From the NCBI GenBank assembly GCA_963844715.1, contig CAWJPJ010000008.1, positions 640,001 through 704,000 on the forward strand: DNA of 64,000 bases, in the 5' to 3' direction. The notes under the pieces were generated by a model. It was not told the DNA's origin and made no database searches. It saw only the letters and a program-made list of their open reading frames with translations. Position numbers and translations under genes: made by a program. The stretch is from an uncultured Phycisphaerales bacterium (GTDB lineage Bacteria; Planctomycetota; Phycisphaerae; Tepidisphaerales; Tepidisphaeraceae). Every line of letters starts with the position of its first letter. The stretch's first letter is position 1. This document shows positions 11,863 to 24,958 of the stretch, one piece after another.

Positions 11863-12717
11863 TCACCGTGCCGTTACGAATTCGATCTGACTAATCGCCG
11901 GTACAAGTCCTGCATTGGCCCCATCTTTCAGCAACCTGACAATTGCTTCCTTTCCCCGTGGCCCATAATCCAAAGTCCATTGATTGACGTACATTCCGAC
12001 AAATTGATCGGCTAGCTTCTTATCCAAATCCCTCCCAAATTGCAGGGCATACTCCACCGCCTCGGGCCGATGCGCCAGGCTGAATTCGATCGATTTTTTG
12101 ATGATATCGGTGACTTCCTGCATCACGGGTTGGCCGAGATTTTTGCGGATGCAATTCCCGCCGAGAGGCAGGGGCAGGCCGGTCTTTTTCTGCCACCAGA
12201 TTCCCAAATCGACGATCAAGTGCAGGTCAAGCTGCTGATAGGTCAGTTGGCCTTCATGAATGATTAAACCTGCGTCCACGACGCCGGCTTTCACCTGGCC
12301 GGGGATTTCATCGAATGGGATGACCACCGGCTCGAACGCCTCGCCCGCCTTTCCCATGCAGAGCTGGAGGGCCAGGAAAGCGGTGGTGAGCTTCCCGGGG
12401 ATGGCGATTCTTTTCCCTTTTAAATCCTCCAATTTGACGCCCTTGGTCGCGATGACCATCGGGCCGTAACCATCCCCCATGCTGCTGCCACAACTTGTCA
12501 GAGCGTATTTGTCGGCGACGTATGGATAGGCGTGAATTGAGATCGCGGTGATCTCCAGTTCACCCCGGCGGGCGCGTTGATTCAGCGTTTCGATGTCCTG
12601 CAATATGTGCTCAAACCGATAGTTTCCGGTTGGAATGAGATTCTTGGCCAGGCCGTAAAACATGAAGGCATCGTCGGGATCGGGCGAATGGCCGAGGCGA
12701 AGCAATTGTTCTGGCAT
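11863..12717 (-). CDS. mqnD: Futalosine-pathway MqnD (1,4-dihydroxy-6-naphthoate synthase), MqnA/MqnD family
   Basis: LGHSPDPDDAFMFY, QDIETLN, GLIIHEGQLTY, LPLPLGG, MYVN motifs. Confidence 0.85.
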   Translation of the reverse strand: MPEQLLRLGHSPDPDDAFMFYGLAKNLIPTGNYRFEHILQDIETLNQRARRGELEITAISIHAYPYVADKYALTSCGSSMGDGYGPMVIATKGVKLEDLKGKRIAIPGKLTTAFLALQLCMGKAGEAFEPVVIPFDEIPGQVKAGVVDAGLIIHEGQLTYQQLDLHLIVDLGIWWQKKTGLPLPLGGNCIRKNLGQPVMQEVTDIIKKSIEFSLAHRPEAVEYALQFGRDLDKKLADQFVGMYVNQWTLDYGPRGKEAIVRLLKDGANAGLVPAISQIEFVTAR

Positions 12718-12834
12718 GCCCGGCAGTATAAAGGCATATTACCGGTCAGACCAAACTTGGGCTCGGGGACGGCGGCGGGCAATAACGCTGCATCGTGTGC
12801 GTTTTACACGATAAAGAAGGAGCAGGATTCCGCG

Positions 12835-14312
12835 ATGACGACCCACCCGATGCTCCAGCCTTATCAGCCGACGGATTCCGATCCGTTTGACGAAGTCAAA
12901 GCCGCGCATTTGCTGAACCGAGCCGGTTTCGGCGGGACGCCGGAAGAAGTCGAAAACATTTTGAAGCTCGGCCCCCAAAAGGCGGTCGATGCGCTGCTCG
13001 ATTTTCCTGACGCTCCGGCCCAGGAGGGCGACGATGCCGGGCCGGATTTGTCGAGCATCGCCGATCTTCCGTCCAATTTCCGCCAGCTTCACATGATGCT
13101 GAACGATGCCGGCACGCCGCAGGAAAAGAAGATGCTTCAGCAGAAGTTTCAGCAGTCCAATCGGGAGGCCGTCGGCGCGATCATCAAATGGTGGCTCAAT
13201 CGCATGGCCTTCGGGCCGCATCCCTTGCAGGAAAAACTCGCCTTCTTCTGGCACGGGCATTTCACCACCAGCGCCCGCGACGAGCGGGCTGCGTCGCTGA
13301 TGTGGCGACAAAACGAACTTCTCCGCCGATGTGCGGCTGGAAATTTCAATCCCTTCCTGCACGCCATCTCCAAAGACCCCGCCATGCTCGATTACCTCAA
13401 CAACGCGCAAAACCGGAAACAGCACCCCAATGAAAACTACGGCCGCGAAGTCATGGAACTCTTCACCCTCGGAATCGGCAATTACACCGAAACCGACGTC
13501 AAGGAAGGCGCTCGAGCCTTCACCGGCTGGACCCACGACGGCGACCAATTCATCTATCGCGAATTCGACCACGACAACGGCGTGAAAACCTTCCTGGGCG
13601 CCAGCGGAAATTTCGACGGCGACGATGTCCTCAACATCATCCTCGAGCAGCCCGCCTGCCCGCGCTTCGTCGGGGGGGAATTGTTCAAATATCTCGCGTA
13701 CGACAATCTCGAAGACGATCTGGCGGTTGCCCTCGGCGACCTCTTTTATTCGAATCAATATGAAATTCGCCCGCTGGTTCGCACCATCCTGACCAGCAAG
13801 GCGTTTTATTCTCCGGAATGCATTGGGGTGCAGATTAAATCGCCGGTGCAACTCATGGTCGGCACCGTCCGCATGCTCGGCTTGCAACTGCCGCCGGAAT
13901 TGGCGGTCATTTCCGCGCTCAATCAGATGGGCCAGGTCCCCCTGAACCCGCCAAATGTCCGGGGCTGGCCCGGCGGGCACATGTGGATCAACACCAGCAC
14001 GCTCTTCATTCGCTATAACACGGGAGTCTGGCTCGCCGGCGGGGACGTGCCCGCCCTGGCGATGGTCCGGCGCAAAGGAGACGGCCGTGACTTGCCCCCG
14101 TGGATCGCGCGGGAACCGATTTTGACCCGCAAGCGCCGGGATCGAGCGGCGACGTCGTCGATTACTGGGTCAAGCGCCTGATCCAGCGTCCCATCGACGA
14201 CGACAAGAAAGACGTGCTGGTCGGCGCATTAGGACCCGATCCCACAAATATGGACGGTCAACGCCGTGTCGTACAGTTGATTGTGTCGATGCCGGAGTAT
14301 CAGTTGTGTTAG
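12835..14312 (+). CDS. DUF1800 family protein (frameshift ~14090)
   Basis: AAHLLNRAGFG, LQEKLAFFWHGHF, PAMLDYLNN, NENYGREVMELFTLG, PPNVRGW. Confidence 0.9.
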
Positions 14313-14323
14313 CGAGGTAGCTT

Positions 14324-15643
14324 ATGGACCAAAACCTGGCCACACGCCGCGTCTTTTTGCAGAGGGGCTTGGCACTGCTCGCGGTCGCCCCCACGATTCC
14401 CACATTTCTCGATCAAACGGTGATGGCGCTATCCAGCCCGTTTGATATCTCGCAAACGCAGCTCCCCAGCGGAAAAGACGGCAAAATCCTCGTCGTCGTG
14501 CAGCTTGGCGGCGGAAACGACGGCCTCAGCATGGTCACCCCCTACGGCGACGACGCCTATTACCAGGCCCGCACGCGCATCAGCCATCCGGCGAATCAGA
14601 TTCTCAAGATCGACGGTTACCTCGGTCTGCATCCGAGCCTGGCCCCGATCAAAGACCTTTTCGACAACGGCGAGATGGCGATCGTCCAAGGCGTCGGATA
14701 TCCGAACCCAAACCGCTCCCACTTCCGCGCCATGGACATCTGGCAAAGCGCCCAGCCCGATCGCGATTCCCCCAGCGACGGCTGGATTGGCCGATATTTC
14801 GATAACACCTGCCCAGGGTGCGACCCGCATGTGGGCGTCTCCGTCGGGCAGACTTTGCCGCTGGCGATGCAGGGCGACCGCGTCATGCCCGTGAATCTCG
14901 AGCGTGCCGAGTCGTACCGCTACAACGGGCACGACAAGACCCATTACCTGGAATTGAACAAGTTCGACGAAACCGCCGCTGCTTCGACCGGCGGGTTCGG
15001 CAACATGACGGTTCCCGTCCCCATCCCTCCCGGCGCTAAGCCAGCCGAAAGCGAGGCGACGCAACTCGATTTCCTGCATCGCACCGCCATGGATGCCCAG
15101 CTCAGCAGCGACCAGATATTCCGCGTGATGCGGAATCATGTGTCGGCTTCGACGTATCCGGCGGGGGAATTTGGCGCGGGGTTGAAGATGGTCGCGTCGA
15201 TGATCGCGGGGGGAATGCCGACGCGCGTGTATTACGTCACCCTCACCGGCTTCGACACCCACTCCGGCCAGCTCAATCGCCATGACGTCCTCATGAAACA
15301 ACTTGCCGACGGGCTCGCGGCGTTCTGGAAAGATCTGAAAGCCCAGAAAAATGACGACCGGGTTCTGGTTATGACGTTCAGCGAATTTGGGCGACGCATC
15401 GAGGAGAACGCCAGCAACGGAACCGACCACGGCGCGGCCGCCCCGATGATCGTCCTCGGCGGGAGCATTCAGCAGGGCCTGGTCGGACGCCATCCATCCT
15501 TGACCGATCTCGACCAGGGCGATCTGAAATACGGGATCGACTTCCGCTCCGTTTACGCCAGCGTGCTTCAGGATTGGCTTGAAACGCCGAGCAAGCCGAT
15601 TCTTGGGGATCAGTTTAACATTCTGCCGTTGGTGAAGACGTAG
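14324..15643 (+). CDS. DUF1501 family protein with Tat-like signal
   Basis: TRRVFL; LGGGNDGL, PNRSHF, GFDTH, FSEFGRR, GTDHG, IDFRSVY. Confidence 0.9.
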   Translation: MDQNLATRRVFLQRGLALLAVAPTIPTFLDQTVMALSSPFDISQTQLPSGKDGKILVVVQLGGGNDGLSMVTPYGDDAYYQARTRISHPANQILKIDGYLGLHPSLAPIKDLFDNGEMAIVQGVGYPNPNRSHFRAMDIWQSAQPDRDSPSDGWIGRYFDNTCPGCDPHVGVSVGQTLPLAMQGDRVMPVNLERAESYRYNGHDKTHYLELNKFDETAAASTGGFGNMTVPVPIPPGAKPAESEATQLDFLHRTAMDAQLSSDQIFRVMRNHVSASTYPAGEFGAGLKMVASMIAGGMPTRVYYVTLTGFDTHSGQLNRHDVLMKQLADGLAAFWKDLKAQKNDDRVLVMTFSEFGRRIEENASNGTDHGAAAPMIVLGGSIQQGLVGRHPSLTDLDQGDLKYGIDFRSVYASVLQDWLETPSKPILGDQFNILPLVKT

Positions 15644-16240
15644 TTCGTTTTACAGTCCACGGCGGGCGCGTTGTCTTTCTCGTTTCGGCGCACATAACAT
15701 CAACAAGAACGTAGACACCGACCCAAACGCGGGGTAAGCTACGCTCAGAATGGGATGCGTCGGGATGACGGCAGACATGGAAAAGTCGGCGTCGCCTGGT
15801 GCGCTTTTCGGTGACGGAGGCTCAGAGCATTTCATTCGACCGGCGGGCCAAGCCCGCCGAACGGGGTGTTCCCGCGGCAGTCCGCCGGGAGAACCTTGCC
15901 GAACGAGCCAGGCTCGGATGTAACGTCCACGGATTTTGTGCGCCGTGTGCGTTACGGAAGTGGACGATTGGCGTGCCGCCGCGGGCGGCCGTCGGTGATT
16001 GAAACCGGCGGCGTGCTTGCGACCCCATCGGCCGGTCGTAGCCGTTCGGAGCTGTACCGTCTGTCGGACTTGATCGCGTCTGGGGAAAACAGACGCGTCT
16101 TTCCGATCAGTCGGCGACTCCTGCCTACTCCGCCGCCGCGAGGCGTCCTGCCTCCTCGCCAGCCGATCCCCTCCCAAAACACGGATGTGAAATGGACCAG
16201 TCGCCCCAACGCACCTTGGCCGCCGCGCCGGAGACAGCCT

Positions 16241-18317
16241 ATGCCCGCTAAATCCAACTCCCTTGTGTCGATCATCGATAAAAAAGTCGATTCCTCCAAT
16301 TTCCGCGAGCAGCACTGGGAGGGAAGTTTCTGGGATTATCTCGACATTGTTCACGAGCATCCGGACGTCTGCCGCAACGCGTTTCAGCGCGTGTACGAAA
16401 TGATCCTCTCCTACGGGAGCGAATCGTTTAACCAGTTCAAGCAGGAACTGAACCGGTACAAGTTCTTCTCCGACCCGATCGATCATGGGGGCGACGCGAT
16501 CTACGGGCTGGAGCGCCCGCTGATGCAACTGGTCGATTTCTTCAAATCCGCCGCGCAAGGCTACGGCACCGAAAAACGAATTCTGCTTCTGCATGGCCCG
16601 GTGGGATCGAGCAAATCCACGATGGCCCGCCTGCTGAAAAAGGGTCTCGAGCATTACAGCCGAACCGAGGTCGGCCGCTGCTTCACGTACATGTGGCGGG
16701 TTCACCATCAAGGCCCTGGCGGCGACGAAGGCGAGCAATTCGTCGAGTGCCCCATGCACGAGGAGCCGCTGCTGCTCATTCCCAAGGAAGCGCGGCAGGA
16801 AGTGCTCGACGCCCTCAACGAAAAACTCCCCGACGGCCGGAAAATCCGCCTCTTCGGCGATGTCTGCCCCTTCTGCCGAAAAATCTACGGCGATCTCCTC
16901 GAGCAATACAGCGGCGATTGGAAAAAGGCGATGGAGCACGTCAAGGTGCGGCGGCTGATCCTGTCGGAAAAAGACCGCCGCGGGATCGGAACATTCCAGC
17001 CCAAGGACGAAAAAAATCAGGACAGCACCGAGCTCACCGGCGACATCAACTATCGCAAAATTGCCGAGTATGGCTCCGATTCCGATCCCCGCGCCTTCAA
17101 TTTCGACGGCGAACTCAATATCGCCAATCGCGGCATCGTCGAATTCATCGAAGTCCTCAAGCTCGACGTGGCGTTCCTCTACGATCTGCTGGGCGCGAGC
17201 CAGGAACACCTGATCAAGCCCAAGAAATTCGCCCAGACTTACATCGACGAAGTGATCCTCGGCCACACCAACGAGCCGGAATACAAGAAGCTCCAGGGCA
17301 ACGAAATGATGGAGGCGTTCCGCGACCGCACCATCAAGATCGACGTGCCGTACAACATCCGGCTCGACGACGAGATCAAGATTTATCTCAAGGATTTCGG
17401 CCCCGAGAAGATCAAGGGCATCCACATCGCCCCGCACACGATCGAGGTGGCCGCGATGTGGGCGGTGCTGACGCGTCTCTCGGAGCCGAAGAAAGCCGGC
17501 ATCACCAAGCTGCAAAAACTCAAGCTCTACAATGGCAAGAGCATTCCCGGCTTCACCGAAGACAGCGTCAAGGAATTGAAGGAAGAGGCCCCGCGCGAGG
17601 GAATGCAGGGAATCAGCCCGCGCTACATCCAGGACAAGATCAGCAATTCACTCGTCAGCCATCAGGCTCAGCTCGATCATTCCATCAACCCGTTTATGGT
17701 GATGAACGAACTCGAGGGCGGGATGAGCCATCATTCGCTCATCACGGATGAGGAATTGAAGAAGGAATACAAGGAGCTTCTGGCCGTCGTGCGCGAGGAA
17801 TACGAAGACATCCTCAAGGGCGAAGTGCAGCGGGCGATCAGCGCCGACGAGGACGCGATCAAGCGCCTGGCCGCCAATTACATCGAAAACGTCCGCGCCT
17901 ACACCCAGCACGAGCGCATGCGCAATCGCTACACCGGCCGCGACGAGGATCCGGATGAACGATTGATGCGCCTCGATCGAGGACAAGATCGACATCCCCG
18001 AAAGCCGAAAAGACGATTTCCGCCAGGAAATCATGAATTACATCGGCGCCCTGGCCTTGGACGGCAAGAAGTTCGAATACAACACCAACGCTCGGCTTCT
18101 CAAGGCCCTGGAATTGAAGCTGTTCGAGGATCAGCGCGACACGATCAAGTTGAAGAATCTGGTCAGCACCGTTGTCGACGATGAAACGCAACAGAAGATC
18201 GACGTGGTGAAGCAGCGGCTGATCAAGTATTTCGGGTACAACGAAACCAGCGCGACCGACGTGCTAAACTACGTTGCCAGCATCTTCGCCCGCGGTGATA
18301 CCAAGCAGGACGAATAA
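16241..18317 (+). CDS. prkA: PrkA/YeaG AAA+ serine protein kinase (frameshift ~17970)
   Basis: [54 protein letters not shown]. Confidence 0.92.
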
Positions 18318-18380
18318 ATCGGCAGCCAGTTCGGGCCGCACGCCGACAAATTTGTGTTCGGCGGCGGATTGGAAATTAAC

Positions 18381-18611
18381 GTGGCACGCATCAATCGACG
18401 CTCCGGATATTCGCTGGTCCTGACCGGCCTGCTCGGCCTGGTCTTTTTCTGGCTCACCGACCCGCGCATCGGGATGGCCCTGCGCTGGAACCATGGCGAA
18501 AACCCCATCGATCTGGCCAATGAACACCTCCCGGGAACCATCGTCGGCATGGGAGGCTCGGCCCTGGTCCTTTTAATGGGGATTTTCCTTCTTTCGCGGC
18601 GTCCGGTTTGA
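18381..18611 (+). CDS. Small two-TM membrane protein
   Basis: Two hydrophobic segments in ORF 18354..18611; likely GTG start at 18381; lies between prkA and yeaH. Confidence 0.55.
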   Translation: MARINRRSGYSLVLTGLLGLVFFWLTDPRIGMALRWNHGENPIDLANEHLPGTIVGMGGSALVLLMGIFLLSRRPV

Positions 18612-18677
18612 TGCGAAAATTCGTGCTAAAATGACGGTGAGTACGGAACCAACCCGCTTGCCTCCGGCAGTTGAAAT

Positions 18678-19771
18678 ATGGTTCTAAAGATCGAGAAAGA
18701 TCACCAGCGCTTCCGGCAGATCGTCAAAGGGCGCATTCGCGACGATCTGCGGAAATTTCTCACCAAGGGCGAACTGATCGGCAAGGAAGGCAAACACCTC
18801 ATCAGCATCCCCGTCCGCGGAATCGAGCTTCCCCATTTTCGATACGGCGACAATTCCTCCGGCGTCGGCGCGGGAGAGGGAAAAGAGGGGGAAGTCGTCG
18901 GAAAGGGGCAGGGCAAAACGGCCGGCGGGACCGAGGCCGGGCAGCACATCATGGAGGTCGATCTCACCCTAGACGAACTGGCGGAGATTCTGGCCGAGGA
19001 ATTGAAGCTCCCGCGCATCGAACCCAAGGGGAAGCACCGCATCACGACCGTTCGCGATAAATACAGCGGCATCCGGCGCGTCGGGCCGGAATCGCTCCGC
19101 CATTTCAAGCGATCGTTCAAGGAAGCGCTCAAACGCCAGATCATGATCGGCGATTATGACCCGGACAACCCGGTCATCATCCCGCAGCGTAAGGACATCC
19201 GCTACCGCAGTTGGAAGGAAGTCAAAAATCCCCAGTCCAACGCGGTCATCGTCTTCATGATGGACGTCTCGGGATCCATGGGAGAGGAGCAAAAGGAATT
19301 AGTCCGCCTCGAGAGTTTCTGGATCGACACCTGGCTTAGAAAAATTACGAGGGGATCGAGTCCCGCTACATCGTGCATGACGTTTCGGCCAAGGAAGTGG
19401 ACAAACACACCTTCTACCACCTCCGCGAAGACGGCGGCACGAAAATCAGCAGCGCCTTCCGATGCGCGAAGTCTCTTTTGGACGCGCATTATTCGCCCGA
19501 CGAATGGAACATTTATCTCTTCCACTTCAGCGACGGCGACAACAGCTCAGAAGCCGACAGCCGCGACTGCGTCAAGCTGCTCAAGGAGCAGCTGCTGCCG
19601 ATATGCAACATGTTCGGCTATTGCCAGGTCGCCAGCGCCTACGGCTCGGGGAATTTCATCAATGTCTTGCACGAGCATCTGCGCGGGAATGAAAAAGTCC
19701 TGACCAGCCGGGTCAATTCGAAGGACGATATTTACGATTCGATTAAGACGTTCTTCGGCAAAGGACATTGA
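18678..19771 (+). CDS. yeaH: YeaH/YhbH DUF444 vWA-like protein (frameshift ~19345)
   Basis: DHQRFRQIVKGRI, SNAVIVFMMDVSGSM, GGTKISSA, WNIYLFHFSDGDN. Confidence 0.88.
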
Positions 19772-19831
19772 AGTCCCCACTCGCGGGCCGTTGTTGAGGA
19801 TTTGCACTCAATCGAATAACGTCCATTCCGA

Positions 19832-20965
19832 ATGGAGGGATCTCCCCACAAATCGGCACGTCTCAGTGGATTGGACGGGCTGCGCTGCATCGCCATTCTC
19901 CTGGTCATCCTCTCGCATCTCTGTTCGCGATTGGATGCCCAATCCCAGAACTTTGTCCTCAGGGCCATCGTCAATCGCGCCGCCTGGGGCGTGGTGTTTT
20001 TCTTCGTCATCTCCGGATTTCTGATCACCTGGCTTTTGGTCTCTGAACAGGACAAGTCCGGCAGCATCGATCTGGTCCGCTTCTATCAGCGCCGCTTCCT
20101 GCGAATTCTTCCGCCCGCGTTCGCTTACCTTTTGGTCGTCCGCGTCATGACGATGTGCGGAGTGGTGTACGTCCCCTGGGCGGACGTCGCCAAATGTGTG
20201 TTCTTCATCCGCAACGTCGCCCGCACAGGGTCCCTTGAAACCATCCATTTCTGGTCGCTTTCCATCGAAGAGCAGTTTTATCTTTGCTGGCCGCTTTTTA
20301 TGCTCCTGACCCGCCGCCGTCTGCATATCCCGATCACGGTTTTTTTTGTGATCGCCGCGCCGTTTTGGAGATTGATCAATTATCACGTCTTCGGCGCACC
20401 GCCCGTGATCAATGTCTGGCGCACCGATCTCAATTACGACATGCTACTATTCGGATGCCTGATCGCCCTGGGCCGGCACGACCCCCGCTTTTTGCCACTC
20501 CTCCGCGGACCCCTTCTCCAGCGTCCTCGCAACGTCTATCTGACCATCGCCGCCTGTTTCTTCGTGGTCTACTTTCCCGCCCGCTTCGATCGCTACCTGC
20601 CGGTGGTTTCCTTGAGGCCATGGCTCTTCGCCATGGGAGCCGCAGTCATCATTAATTTTATGATCGAAGGGCATCGCTCCTTGCTGAACCGCGTTCTCGA
20701 CTCGCCTCTCCCCACCGCGATCGGACGCATCTCCTACAGTCTTTATCTCTGGCAGCAGCTCTTCTGTTTCGGCAAAGTCGGCGATCATTGGATGCGGCGC
20801 TTTCCGCAGGATGTCCTGCTCACGTTGGGAGCCGCGACGCTCAGTTACTATCTCGTCGAACTCCCCTCCTCCCGTCTGCGATCCCATTTCAAGTCGATGC
20901 GCCCCCCAAAGGTCACCATCGAGGATGCTCTCGAATCGCAACCTGCAACCGCAACCGCAACTTAA
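19832..20965 (+). CDS. Acyltransferase-3 (OafA-like) membrane O-acyltransferase
   Basis: LDGLRCIAILLV, FFVISGFLIT, FYQRRFLRILP, HFWSLSIEEQFY, GRISYSLYLWQ. Confidence 0.92.
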   Translation: MEGSPHKSARLSGLDGLRCIAILLVILSHLCSRLDAQSQNFVLRAIVNRAAWGVVFFFVISGFLITWLLVSEQDKSGSIDLVRFYQRRFLRILPPAFAYLLVVRVMTMCGVVYVPWADVAKCVFFIRNVARTGSLETIHFWSLSIEEQFYLCWPLFMLLTRRRLHIPITVFFVIAAPFWRLINYHVFGAPPVINVWRTDLNYDMLLFGCLIALGRHDPRFLPLLRGPLLQRPRNVYLTIAACFFVVYFPARFDRYLPVVSLRPWLFAMGAAVIINFMIEGHRSLLNRVLDSPLPTAIGRISYSLYLWQQLFCFGKVGDHWMRRFPQDVLLTLGAATLSYYLVELPSSRLRSHFKSMRPPKVTIEDALESQPATATAT

Positions 20966-21016
20966 AGTCCCTTCCCAGGTTTTGCGCCCGCAGGTAGCTT
21001 GTCTGGAAAGGATCAC

Positions 21017-22125
21017 ATGCAAGCCCTGGCTGTCTTTCCGGCAAGCAAAGAAGTGAGAGTGATCGACCACCCCGCGCCGGCGATCCCCAATCCCGCCGAT
21101 GTGATGCTCCGCATGATCGAAGTCGGGGTTTGCGGAACGGATAAAGAGATCGTTTCGTTTCAATATGGCACGCCGCCGCAGGGGTCGCCTTATCTCATCA
21201 TCGGGCATGAATCCCTGGGGGAAGTCGTCGAGATCGGCTCGGGTGTTAAGACGCTGAAGAAGGGGGACCTCGTCGTGACGATGGTTCGCCGGCCGTGCGA
21301 TCATCCCGATTGCATCGCCTGCCGGGCCGGGCGGCAGGATTTTTGTTACACCGGCGACTTCACCGAGCGGGGAATCAAGGGCCGGCATGGTTTTATGACC
21401 GAGTTCGTGGTGGACGACGAGGGCTATATGAATCTCGTCCCGCCGGGGCTGCGCGACATTGCCGTGCTGGTTGAGCCGCTGACGATCGCACAGAAGGCGT
21501 TGGAACAGGTGGTGCAGATTCAGGCGCGATTGCCCTGGGGGTGTCCAGTCGAGGAGGGCAAGCCGTCGCAATACTGCCATAAGGCGCTCGTGCTCGGGGC
21601 CGGGCCGGTGGGGCTGCTGGGGGCGATGTCGCTGATTGTGCGCGGGTTTGAAACGTGGGTGTATTCGCGGAATCCGGTGCCGAGCGTGCAGTCGGATTTC
21701 TGCGCCGCGATCGGGGCGCATTTTTTGCCGGCCACGAGCGTTTCCGTTGACGACGCGGCGCAGCAAATCGGGAACATCGATCTCGTCTATGAAGCCGTGG
21801 GGGCGTCGTCTCTGGCGTTTGACGTGATGCGCGTGCTCGGTACCAACGCAGTCTTCATCTTTACGGGCGTTCCGGGCCGCAAGGGGCCGATCGAGGTGGA
21901 CACCGACCTGATCATGCGCGACCTGGTGCTGAAAAATCAGGTCGTTTACGGTACTGTCAATGCCGGCAAGCAGGCGTTCATGGATGCGATATCGGATTTG
22001 GGCGAATTTCGCCGCCGCTGGCCGAGCGAGGTGAGCAAGTTGATCACCGGCCGGTTCACGATCGATCAGGCGTTGAAACTTCTCACCGGAAAACCCGGCG
22101 GGATCAAAAATGTGGTGACCCTCTA

Positions 22126-22126
<1 letters not shown>
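21017..22126 (+). CDS. Zn-dependent glucose 1-dehydrogenase (MDR family)
   Basis: [46 protein letters not shown] motifs typical of MDR glucose dehydrogenases. Confidence 0.85.
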
Positions 22127-24860
<2,734 letters not shown>

Positions 24861-24862
<2 letters not shown>

Positions 24863-24896
24863 AAAAAGCGGTCGGATGCCAGAGGCACCCGACCGC
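24861..24896 (-). terminator. Intrinsic terminator hairpin between convergent genes
   Basis: GCGGTCGG...CCGACCGC stem preceded by A7, which is a U-tract on the minus strand. Confidence 0.7.
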
Positions 24897-24958
24897 CACT
24901 CTCTCCGCCTTGGTTGACTCGGCGCCGAAGCGCCGATCCTCCTGATACGCTCCTCCTC

